Shown here: positions 8,283-16,173 of the stretch, piece by piece
Layout: every line of letters begins with the position of its first letter
Numbering within the stretch: the first letter of the stretch is position 1
Assembly: GCF_000010625.1 (NCBI RefSeq)
Contig: NC_010296.1
Coordinates: 4,440,001-4,472,000, forward strand
Source: Microcystis aeruginosa NIES-843
GTDB taxonomy: Bacteria > Cyanobacteriota > Cyanobacteriia > Cyanobacteriales > Microcystaceae
Direction of reading: 5' to 3'
Length of the DNA stretch: 32,000 nucleotides
Made by a program: the position numbers and the translations under genes
The notes under the pieces: generated by a model
Database searches by the model: none
Told to the model about the DNA's origin: nothing
The model's input: the letters and a program-made list of their open reading frames with translations, nothing else

Positions 8283-9452
8283 ATGAAATCCATATTAAAT
8301 TTAGGAATAACAACAACTATCGCTGCAAACTCAATTCTATTTGCGACCTCTTCATTTTCTACTGAAGCTTTCTCATTGCCGCACAAGTCTATCCTTCTAG
8401 CTCAGTCAAGCAACACCATTAGCTTTAGAAATGCCTGTTCATCTCCTTTCCGACTAGCTATTCACTTTAAAAACCTTTCAGGACAGTGGGAGACAAAAGC
8501 TTGGTATTCTTTTTCACCTGGCGAACAATCACGCCTCAATGGAGTAGATACCAGAAACAGATATCTCTTTTACTATGCAGAGGCAACTGATGGTTCTGGC
8601 AAGGTGTGGTCAAGCAACGACACAAGCCAAACAATCGGGGGAAGAACTTATAATATGAAGAAATTTGATATAGGTTCTCAAGTTGTTAATTGGACTCAAA
8701 CCCTGACCTGTCCAGATCAGCAACTCATTTCAGCACTAAAAAGAATTCCTTCAAAATATCAGCCCCTACCTACAGAAGATTATGTTACGTTTCGTTATAA
8801 TCCGAATTCTTTAGAAATTGGAGTACGCATAGGCCCGGCTGTTCTCCGTAATGAGATTGAAAAAATTCCTGAACAGAGGCTTAAGTATACTGACTACAAT
8901 CGCCATACAGTTAAGTGGTTTAAATATAAGGGAATTGATGTTTCTAGAAGACAAATTCTAATTGGTTTTAGATATAGGTATCAGAAATTAGAAGATCGAC
9001 CTCTAATTGGTGGGCGTTTCACAGTATATGATAATGCTGCCAATGTCGATGTGGGAGTCAACCTTGAGGTAAAGAATAAGCAGCTAGATGGGAATGTTAA
9101 TGTTCGCAATGTAGAAGCTGACTGGGCAAGTGGAGTTCTAGGTTTAGTTCAGAACACATATGAAATTATGTTTGGTAGCTTGACTTTTTTAGTTGACGGA
9201 AAGTTTATCAGACCCTCTGATTTCGCAGCAGCAGTGGCACCTTGGGTAATAAATGCATCGACTACAGACCAAAGAAACCTTAGTCGCTTCTTCGGTGACT
9301 TAAATGACTTAAACAGTAAAGGAGTCATTTACCTTAAGCGAATTGACTATGATTCTCAAGGTGTATGGTATCAATTTTCAATAGACGAATCGCTCTTAGC
9401 CCAATCAGCTTCGAGGCTTGAATCAATGTTAAATAGCTGGGCAAATCGCTAA
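8283..9452 (+). CDS. Secreted protein with a DUF1036-like N-terminal domain and an uncharacterised C-terminal half
   Basis: Signal-like N-terminus (MKSILNLGITTTIAANSILFATSSFS). Residues ~45-145 (ISFRNACSSPFRLAIHFKNLSGQWETKAWYSFSPGEQSRL...YLFYYAEATDGSGKVWSS) follow the pattern I recall for DUF1036. I do not recognise the remaining ~240 aa. Confidence 0.5.
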   Translation: MKSILNLGITTTIAANSILFATSSFSTEAFSLPHKSILLAQSSNTISFRNACSSPFRLAIHFKNLSGQWETKAWYSFSPGEQSRLNGVDTRNRYLFYYAEATDGSGKVWSSNDTSQTIGGRTYNMKKFDIGSQVVNWTQTLTCPDQQLISALKRIPSKYQPLPTEDYVTFRYNPNSLEIGVRIGPAVLRNEIEKIPEQRLKYTDYNRHTVKWFKYKGIDVSRRQILIGFRYRYQKLEDRPLIGGRFTVYDNAANVDVGVNLEVKNKQLDGNVNVRNVEADWASGVLGLVQNTYEIMFGSLTFLVDGKFIRPSDFAAAVAPWVINASTTDQRNLSRFFGDLNDLNSKGVIYLKRIDYDSQGVWYQFSIDESLLAQSASRLESMLNSWANR

Positions 9453-9586
9453 GATGTCTAACAAATCGATGAAGCGGACGGGCAAGTTATGTTAATAGAG
9501 TTATCGAAGTTATCTGCCGCCGCTTATCTTGGTCGTTAGGTCGTTTCCAGCTTTGATGATAAACGTCATTAGAAGGAGTAAACGTT

Positions 9587-9832
9587 ATGAATACTTTGAT
9601 ATCGGGGGAATCTGATATGGGTACTGCTCGCTATAGTGATTTGGAAGTTGTCTCAGTCAAGAATCATTTTAGAGAAGACCTTTTCGATACTTACAATCCT
9701 AGTCGGCTATACTGTGGCTTAGGAAAATGCTATGGAAACAATGGGTGGTGTGGTTGCGGACACTTTCAAGAACAACCCGGTAATACGTGGTGGTGTAAGT
9801 GCGGACATCATTATAATGAGCACGGCTCCTGA
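9587..9832 (+). CDS. Small Cys/Trp/His-rich protein with a duplicated W-C-x-C-G-H motif
   Basis: 81-aa ORF preceded by GAAGGAG 9 nt upstream. The C-terminal half is CGLGKCYGNNGWCGCGHFQEQPGNTWWCKCGHHYNEHGS. No signal peptide is apparent and I recognise no family. Confidence 0.5.
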   Translation: MNTLISGESDMGTARYSDLEVVSVKNHFREDLFDTYNPSRLYCGLGKCYGNNGWCGCGHFQEQPGNTWWCKCGHHYNEHGS

Positions 9833-9960
9833 CCGTGAACGCTGTAAGGCGCAATAACGGTACTCCGCGTATTGCACCGAATGGATAAAAAGAGCAAAAT
9901 CCATAATCCCCGGTTTGTCTCCCTGCCCACCCGCCTAATATATAGTTAGGCAGATGCTAG

Positions 9961-11139
9961 GGGAGCATCCCAGTTTTGCAATGAGTAAAAATACTCAGGC
10001 AATATCGCCGTTGAGATAAGCACAACGTAGCTTCAAATACTGAGGAACATTCTCTGCTTTCCATTGTGCTCCCACAATTTTCATTCTTGCACCTATTTGC
10101 TTAATCTTTGACTCTACACTTCCAGAACCGATGCAAATCCCTTGTGATTGATAGAGTTCGTAATTGGGTATTCTTTCTCGATGTTTATCGACATATTTGG
10201 TGAAATTTATAGCCTGTTTCTTTTTGCATCCCTCTAATTCCTCTAAAACTCTTTTCACCTCTCCTTTCCATAAATTCTCTTTGATTCTATTCAGACGCTT
10301 GTTTGACCCGCCTATTTTCTTCATATTCTCTACTAAATGATACCAATCCAATATTTCTCTCCTTTTAACACCGATTTTCTCCATCAGATTCCACACCCCA
10401 TCATGACCATCTCCTAAACAGGTGACTACCTCTGTTAAGGGCTGACGGTTCACCCATTCCAGTAATTCTTCATTTTGCTGAAAAAATCCCGCACATTCTT
10501 GACCATGCAGACTTACTGCTTTGTAATCTCGACCTTGACTCGGTTGTCCTTTGGGCGTTCTGATTCTGACTTTTCCGACCTCTACACTCAATGCTTCTAC
10601 CGGACTCTTTGCTTCTGCTTCCTCAAATTTATATCTTTGTACAAGCCTCTGTTGACTACTGCCTGAAACTGCCATTCCTGTCGCCATTTTGATAGCTTTT
10701 TCCGCATCTTCAAAAGAGACTTTAGCCACTGCTCCTAAGCAACATTTCTCCAGCATGGGACTTAATCGATTATTCTTGCTTAATCCTAGTTTATCGGCTT
10801 GTTTCTCGCTTATCTTGACTTTCCCTATGATACTGCTTACGCTTTTGGTTCGCCCTGCTTGGGTTCCTGTTGCTGATTCAAAAAAAAATTGCCTATGGCA
10901 GGACCCAATGTAGTCAGCCAATGGTCTCGCAGGGCGGTTTCAATGCCCTCAAAGCTACGTAGTTGTTCTTCTGGGGTATTATCGACTAGAATTTGAGCAA
11001 TGGCTTTTAAATGTTGATCTAGTTGTTCTTTTTGGTCTGTATTCATGATTCTACCGTTTAATTGTTTCTCTTTATTTTGCCTTAGCTAACGTTTTTAGTC
11101 TCTAAGCATTTATACTTATGGCAAAATTGGGATGCTCCC
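9961..11139 (-). mobile_element. DDE insertion sequence, copy 1 (ISKra4-like family, assigned from memory)
   Basis: Terminal inverted repeats are GGGAGCATCCCAGTTTTGCAATGAGTA at 9961 and its imperfect complement ending GGGATGCTCCC at 11139. It belongs to the same family as 11410-12677 and 16882-18077. No target duplication is visible. Confidence 0.7.
9995..11046 (-). CDS. Transposase orfA/orfB joined by a -1 frameshift
   Basis: orfA (10837-11046) and orfB (9995-~10890) overlap at a T9 run (minus strand GGC AAT TTT TTT TTG). A -1 slip joins ...LGPAIGNFF to FESATGTQAGRTKSV... orfB carries CLGDGHDGVWN and ILDWYHLVEN acidic motifs. Confidence 0.7.
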
Positions 11140-11409
11140 AATTCCCTGTTCAATTTCAATGGTTTTTAATACTTTTTCTCCGTCTAAATGTTGTGGAGCA
11201 TTTAAGTTTTGTTTAAGGTGATCTTTAATTTGCTTAACAACTTCTCGTTTTTCTAAAAAAAGTTTATCTGCTACAAAATTCTGATAAGCAATTTCAGATA
11301 GCAAAATTTCTTCTTGCTCAATACTGAGATTTTCATAAACTAAACCGCGATTAGGTAAACGTTTTTCGGCTGACCATTTTTCCAATAAAATTCGTAACGC
11401 ATAACGCAT
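11140..11409 (-). pseudogene. Internal fragment of a NACHT/STAND-type NTPase gene
   Basis: ...RYALRILLEKWSAEKRLPNRGLVYENLSIEQEEILLSEIAYQNFVADKLFLEKREVVKQIKDHLKQNL...HLDGEKVLKTIEIEQG resembles the post-NTPase helical region of cyanobacterial NACHT proteins, from memory. Both ends are cut exactly by IS termini. The last residues of the 97-aa ORF are encoded by the IS inverted repeat. Confidence 0.4.
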
Positions 11410-12677
11410 GGGAGCATCTCACCTTTGCATTAAGCATTTATGCTTAATGAGGTAAATAAAAAAGTTAAAAAAGAGAACCATTCAGATAGGCACAGCGATG
11501 ACGAAGGACTTGCGGTACATTGCCAGAATTCCAACTTGCACCGGCAATTTTAACACGAAAACTAATTTGTTTCACCTGAGATTCCACAGAGCCAGAACCA
11601 ATGGAAATCCCCTCTTCTTGAAAATAACCATAATTGACAATTCGATGTTTATGCTTGTTCAAATAAATAATAAAATTCTCCACTTGCGGCTCTGACCATC
11701 CCTCAAAACAGGAGATAGCAGCATCCACTTCCCCCTTCCATAGAAAACATTTTACCTCATCAATCCGCTGGAATGACCCGCCAACTTTATAGAGGTTTTC
11801 GATTAAATGATACCAATCCAATATTTCAATTCTTTCCTGTTTCTCTCCTATCTGACCAAATAAATTCCAGATACCATCATGTCCATCTCCTAAACAAATT
11901 AAAGGTTTAGCCAAAACTTGAGAATTAACCAAATCTAATAAAGCTGAGTTATCTTGAAAAAAAGCCGCTACCCCCAGTTGATGAAAACTCACTGCTTTAT
12001 AATCACGCCAAATTAAGGCTTTTCCCTTGGCAGTTCTTAGTCGTACCTTACCGCCATCTAGGCTCATTTCTTCCACTTCCACTTCCACTTCTGGGTTAGA
12101 CGGTAATTCTTCAAAAGCATAGCGATGTACGAGGCGTTGTTGGGTACTGTGAGAAACAGCAATCCCTGTCAATGATTTGATTTTCTGCGCCGATTTCTCG
12201 TAGGATTCATCGCCACTTAATAGCAAACAGTTCTTCTCTAACATTGGACTCATCTGAGTCCGAGACTTTATTTCTAATTTTTTCGCTTGTTTTTCTGTAA
12301 TTGGTAATTCCCCCAAAATACTTTTCACTTTTCTCGTCCGACCGGCAGTTTCTTCTGTGCTTGTTTTGACAAAAAAATACCGATTTCTGGGTTAACATAA
12401 TGAATCATTAAATCTCTGACTGTCTCCTCTATCTCTCCCAAGTTATTAAATTTCTTAATTTGGGATTGCTCATAGAGACATTGCCCTAACTCTTGACATA
12501 ACTCTTTAATTCTTTTTTCATTTTCTGATAACATGGAATTATTACTCCCATCGAGAGCTATTCTGAATTGTAAGTTATAACTATTATAATCTCATTTCTC
12601 TTTGTGATCAAGTTCAGGATTTTCTAGTTTTTGACTGCTATAAGCATTAATACTCATTGCATAAGTGAGATGCTCCC
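11410..12677 (-). mobile_element. DDE insertion sequence, copy 2 (same family)
   Basis: Inverted repeats are GGGAGCATCTCACCTTTGCATTAAGCA at 11410 and the complement ending GAGATGCTCCC at 12677. No target duplication is visible. Confidence 0.7.
11465..12534 (-). CDS. Transposase orfA/orfB joined by a -1 frameshift
   Basis: orfA is 12325-12534 and orfB is 11465-~12370. They overlap at the minus-strand sequence GGT ATT TTT TTG (heptamer T TTT TTG). A -1 slip gives ...EIGIFF-VKTSTEETAGRTRKVKS..., colinear with copy 3. Confidence 0.7.
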
Positions 12678-12722
12678 GGTTAAATTAAAACTATCCATTG
12701 ACATTCAAGGAGAGAATTTCCG

Positions 12723-13112
12723 ATGTCTTATCAGCTTATTTCGGAGTTATTGGCGAAATATTTTCATCAGATTAAACAAGTTTTGACCCAAAAATCCCTA
12801 ATAGTGCTTCTTTTAGTTTGGACTCCTATACTTTTTCTCCAAACAGGGATAATGCAATATCTGGATGCTCAAAAATTGCCCCTTGCTAATTCTCCTGAAA
12901 TTTCCACAAACTATCGTGGAATCAACCCTGGATTATTACCAGTACCTGTAGATCCTGTATCAGAACGAATTAGAGAAAATCTATATTTAGATAATCTAGA
13001 TATAGAAGAATCTTCGGACAAAGATGAGAACTCTTTGGACTGGTTGATTCCCGTAGCAATCGGAGCAGGTGCGATCGCGTTATGTTTAGCTACTGGCTGT
13101 TTAATACCCTAG
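12723..13112 (+). CDS. Small membrane protein (two predicted TM segments), unknown function
   Basis: 129 aa with AGGAGAG upstream. One hydrophobic segment is SLIVLLLVWTPILFL. The C-terminal segment is DWLIPVAIGAGAIALCLATGCLIP, similar to the C-terminus of the next ORF. Confidence 0.5.
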   Translation: MSYQLISELLAKYFHQIKQVLTQKSLIVLLLVWTPILFLQTGIMQYLDAQKLPLANSPEISTNYRGINPGLLPVPVDPVSERIRENLYLDNLDIEESSDKDENSLDWLIPVAIGAGAIALCLATGCLIP

Positions 13113-13122
13113 AGGAGAAAGA

Positions 13123-13515
13123 ATGATGTCTCAAGACCTTAGAAATCAGAAACCTGATGTTGATAATTCTAGCGACATCCGAGTAAAACAGTCTCCAAAC
13201 GGAGAGTTAAAGCAATTTCTGAAGCAGCCGTTTGGTATAGCTTTAGCAATGATACTCATAGTGCTTTTATCAGGAACAACATTTGTTGTAGGTAAAGCTT
13301 CAGTAAGTCGAAGTTTTTGTATTGCGAGCTTTAACTGTCAGGCAAATACCGATAATGATATAGGAGGTAATACATCAGCGAAAGCAGGGAAAAACGGCAC
13401 AGTTAATATCGAACAACCATCCACACAGCAAAAACCTTCTGAAGATCATTGGACGGAAATAGCAATAGGCGTGGGAGCAATAGCAATAGCCTTGTGGTGG
13501 ATCGTACTCTTGTAG
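13123..13515 (+). CDS. Small membrane protein (two predicted TM segments), paralogous architecture
   Basis: 130 aa, starting 10 nt after the previous stop, with GAGGAGAAAG upstream. Hydrophobic segments are FGIALAMILIVLLSGTTFVV and the C-terminal WTEIAIGVGAIAIALWWIVLL. Confidence 0.5.
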   Translation: MMSQDLRNQKPDVDNSSDIRVKQSPNGELKQFLKQPFGIALAMILIVLLSGTTFVVGKASVSRSFCIASFNCQANTDNDIGGNTSAKAGKNGTVNIEQPSTQQKPSEDHWTEIAIGVGAIAIALWWIVLL

Positions 13516-13645
13516 ATGTTTACTGGCATTCTCAACTATTTAACCTTTTGTTGTCAAAGATATGAGTGTAATCAACTTATAGAATGTTTCTAAATTCTTC
13601 CGTGTCGAAAAAAGTGAGGAATGCCCCGATGGGATTCGCCAAGCT

Positions 13646-14296
13646 TTGAATGACATAAGTTTGACGATAAACGAGGGAGAGTTCGTTCTTTTACTAGGAC
13701 TGAATAGTTCGGGGAAAACTACTGCCCTCAACATAATAACAGGAGTCTATACTCCCTCTGAAGGTCAGGTAGAGCTTTTTGGCAATCAGCTATCAGATAA
13801 TCTAATCCCAAGGGAAATTAAAGAACGCATGGGAATAGTTTTCTCAAAGGTGGAATTACCTGAACAACTTACTGTAGAAGAAATTATCAGTCTTTTTCAG
13901 AGCTATTACTCCAATCCCTTCGGGATAGATGAAGCAATTAAGCTATTCGAGCTTAAAAATTGGCGCAAAACTCTTCTAAAAAATCAGCAAGAACTTAGTC
14001 AAGGCAGGAACAAGAGGCTTCTGATTGCTCTAGCTTTATCTGGCAACCCCGATCTATTACTTTTTGATGAGCCAACCGCTAATTTAGACCCACCAGGAAG
14101 AAGACTATTTTGGCAACTCATGAGAGATTTATCAAGTCAGGGTAAAACTATCCTAATTTGTATGCCAGAGGAGAATTCTGCTCAAACTGAACAAACAACG
14201 TCAACAATTGAAGATCTGTCACGTGCCAGAGAACTGGCGACTAGAATTGGGTTCTTCGGTTTGTGTTATGCAATGGACGGGAGTTATAAGGGATGA
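13646..14296 (+). CDS. ABC transporter ATP-binding part (likely a pseudogene fragment)
   Basis: Walker A GLNSSGKTT, signature-like LSQGRNKR and Walker B LLLFDEPTANLD are present. The true 5' end appears to be ATG 13562 (MSVINL), followed by an in-frame TAG at 13580 and then NVSKFFRVEKSEECPDGIRQALNDISL. The last 15 codons (GFFGLCYAMDGSYKG*) are MITE sequence. Confidence 0.7.
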   Translation: MNDISLTINEGEFVLLLGLNSSGKTTALNIITGVYTPSEGQVELFGNQLSDNLIPREIKERMGIVFSKVELPEQLTVEEIISLFQSYYSNPFGIDEAIKLFELKNWRKTLLKNQQELSQGRNKRLLIALALSGNPDLLLFDEPTANLDPPGRRLFWQLMRDLSSQGKTILICMPEENSAQTEQTTSTIEDLSRARELATRIGFFGLCYAMDGSYKG

Positions 14297-14437
14297 AACC
14301 ATTATATAGAAAGACATTGCTTCGATTTTTGCCAATTGTTTTCAATCTAGAACGAGCTAATCAATTAAGTCTCTTGCCAGATAAGGATTTAGCCGATTTA
14401 TGCCCCCTGATCGAACCATACCAAGTAACGAAGAACC
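14250..14437 (-). mobile_element. MITE family B, copy 1 (reverse orientation)
   Basis: 188 bp with terminal inverted repeats GGTTCTTCG...CGAAGAACC. A perfect 8-bp target duplication TAGAATTG lies at 14242-14249 and 14438-14445. It belongs to the same family as 21245-21431 and 23471-23656. Confidence 0.85.
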
Positions 14438-15368
14438 TAGAATTGTAGAATTCAATAATGGCGAAATAGTGAGTGATACTGTCATTTCATCAATTACTAA
14501 TCAAGTAGATAGTTTAAGAGAAGTGAATGTATCTCCCCCAAATAAATCATTTGAGATCCTTAAAGAGCAAGTTCGAGTTGAGTTTCTTCAGTTGTGGCGC
14601 AAGCCAATGGTGCTGGTTTTTAGTCTGCTGCTGCCTCTATTTATCGTATATATATATAGTAATATGGTCGACAAACAGCTAATTTACCAGCAGTTAATTG
14701 CCTATGCGATTTTAGGTCTATTAATCATTTCTATACAAACTTTTGGAACAAAAGTGGCTGAAGAAAAAACCAAGGGTTGGATGAAATTATTGCAAGTCAC
14801 GCCTCTTCCTCCACCAATATATATAGTGGCTAAAATTATAGTTGCTATATTTATTTCAGGGCTTTGCCTTGCCTTACTCTTCTCCTTTTTTGCCGTAACT
14901 TTAGACTTTGACCAACCCTTTTTGACCTGGCTATTTGTTTTCTGTATTTTGATAGTCGGCATGATTCCTTTGAATGCAATGATGCTTGCTTTGGGATACT
15001 GGATTGATAAAGATATTTTCGGTTATTTCACTCTGCCGATTATGATAGTGTGGATTGTATCGGGACTGATTTTACCAATAAAAATCTTACCTAAAACTGT
15101 ACAAAATTTACTTCCTTACCTGCCCATACCTACCTACCACTATGCTCAAATCGCTCTTTGGGCAGGAGGAATACCCAGTGAAAAAGTTCATATTTGGCTA
15201 GATTGGCAATGGCTAATCTGGGCTACAGTTGTCTTTGGAATGCTAGCAGCCTGGGGATATCAGCGCAGCCAAATCGATCAGAAACTAACCTGGTTTAGTT
15301 TATTAGAGCAAATCAAAAAGAAATTGAGTAAGTTTAGCTTATTAGAGCGATTATTTGCTCGCTTTTAA
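14400..15368 (+). CDS. ABC-2-type permease part (originally fused in frame to the ATPase)
   Basis: About six hydrophobic segments follow residue 70. The first 13 codons (MPPDRTIPSNEEP) are MITE sequence. The native sequence resumes at 14446 with (I)VEFNNGEIVSD, which is the normal C-terminal strand of an ABC ATPase. Confidence 0.65.
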   Translation: MPPDRTIPSNEEPRIVEFNNGEIVSDTVISSITNQVDSLREVNVSPPNKSFEILKEQVRVEFLQLWRKPMVLVFSLLLPLFIVYIYSNMVDKQLIYQQLIAYAILGLLIISIQTFGTKVAEEKTKGWMKLLQVTPLPPPIYIVAKIIVAIFISGLCLALLFSFFAVTLDFDQPFLTWLFVFCILIVGMIPLNAMMLALGYWIDKDIFGYFTLPIMIVWIVSGLILPIKILPKTVQNLLPYLPIPTYHYAQIALWAGGIPSEKVHIWLDWQWLIWATVVFGMLAAWGYQRSQIDQKLTWFSLLEQIKKKLSKFSLLERLFARF

Positions 15369-15381
15369 AGCTACTTTTTAC

Positions 15382-15583
15382 CTAATTCATCTGTTGCTTT
15401 ACCCATAAAATTGCACATTTTGGTTGAGACAATGTAGAGCTAATGAAAAGATTATTAGTTTTCCAATTGTTATGATTTCCGTCGCTGTGATGCAGTCGGA
15501 CTTTCTCTTCGTCGACGAATTTTAGACCACATACTGTACATGAATGGTTTTCTCTAATTAAGGTTTTGCTGTTGCTCCATCAT
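15382..15583 (-). pseudogene. Small HNH-endonuclease-like gene, frameshifted
   Basis: The minus strand reads MMEQQQN, then a 1-nt frame change, then LIRENHSCTVCGLKFVDEEKVRLHHSDGNHNNWKTNNL... The C-x-x-C ... HH-x-D-G-N-x-x-N pattern fits an HNH motif. Each piece is under 60 aa, so it is absent from the ORF track. Confidence 0.35.
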
Positions 15584-15697
15584 AGAGTTTAAAGATCGCC
15601 GATCTTGTAGGCTGGGTTGACGCTCAGGAAACCCAACACCCTCGGAAACAAGAGTAAATCTGGTAGGATAGGGATTGGAGAGATTTTCTAGATTTCT

Positions 15698-16171
15698 GTG
15701 AGCGAAACCGTCTATATTGAAACCAGTATCTTAGGCTACCTTACCGCTCGACCGAGCAGAGATATTATTGTGGCGGCTAATATTGAAATAACGAGAGAGT
15801 GGTGGAATACACGCCGCGGTGACTTCCAACTCTACTCCTCACAAGCGGTTGTAAAAGAAACCTCACAAGGCGATGTCGCGATCGCGTCTCAACGACTAGA
15901 AATTCTCGGTAATCTATCTTTACTCGACTTGAATCAAAATGTACTCGATTTAGCAGAGCGATTTTTGGAACGTAGCAACCTTCCAACAAAAGCTGATGTT
16001 GATGCTGTTCATATCGCGGTCGCGACTGTTCACGGCATGGATTATCTGCTGACATGGAATTGCAAGCACATTGCCAATGCTCAAATACAGGGAAAATTGG
16101 CGGAGATTAGCCTTGATCTTGGATATCAGTTACCGATTCTTTGTACACCTTATGAACTTCTAGGAGGTTGA
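15698..16171 (+). CDS. PIN-like domain protein (putative toxin)
   Basis: 157 aa with a GTG start. VYIETSILGYL, DAVHIAVATVHGMDYLLTWNCKHIAN and the overall length fit a PIN-like fold. The usual first Asp is Glu here. The next ORF is translationally coupled to it. Confidence 0.55.
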   Translation: MSETVYIETSILGYLTARPSRDIIVAANIEITREWWNTRRGDFQLYSSQAVVKETSQGDVAIASQRLEILGNLSLLDLNQNVLDLAERFLERSNLPTKADVDAVHIAVATVHGMDYLLTWNCKHIANAQIQGKLAEISLDLGYQLPILCTPYELLGG

Positions 16172-16173
16172 TT

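Noticed and set aside
9858-9884. Stem-loop GCGCAATAACGGTACTCCGCGTATTGCAC after the 81-aa ORF, considered as an attC site or a terminator
   Set aside because: The ends do not match RYYYAAC/GTTRRRY and the length is far below attC size. No T-run follows, so it is not a convincing intrinsic terminator either.
9719-9904. 61-aa minus-strand ORF
   Set aside because: It is antisense to the Cys-rich ORF and has no RBS.
10475-10913. Plus-strand ORFs 10475-10666 and 10689-10913
   Set aside because: They are antisense to the transposase of IS copy 1. The same applies to 11498-11695 and 12207-12398 in copy 2, and to 17598-17789 in copy 3.
13540-13734. 64-aa minus-strand ORF
   Set aside because: It is antisense to the 5' end of the ABC ATPase, including the Walker A region.
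14702-14962. 86-aa minus-strand ORF
   Set aside because: It is antisense to the permease transmembrane region.
15777-16055. 92-aa minus-strand ORF
   Set aside because: It is antisense to the PIN-like gene.
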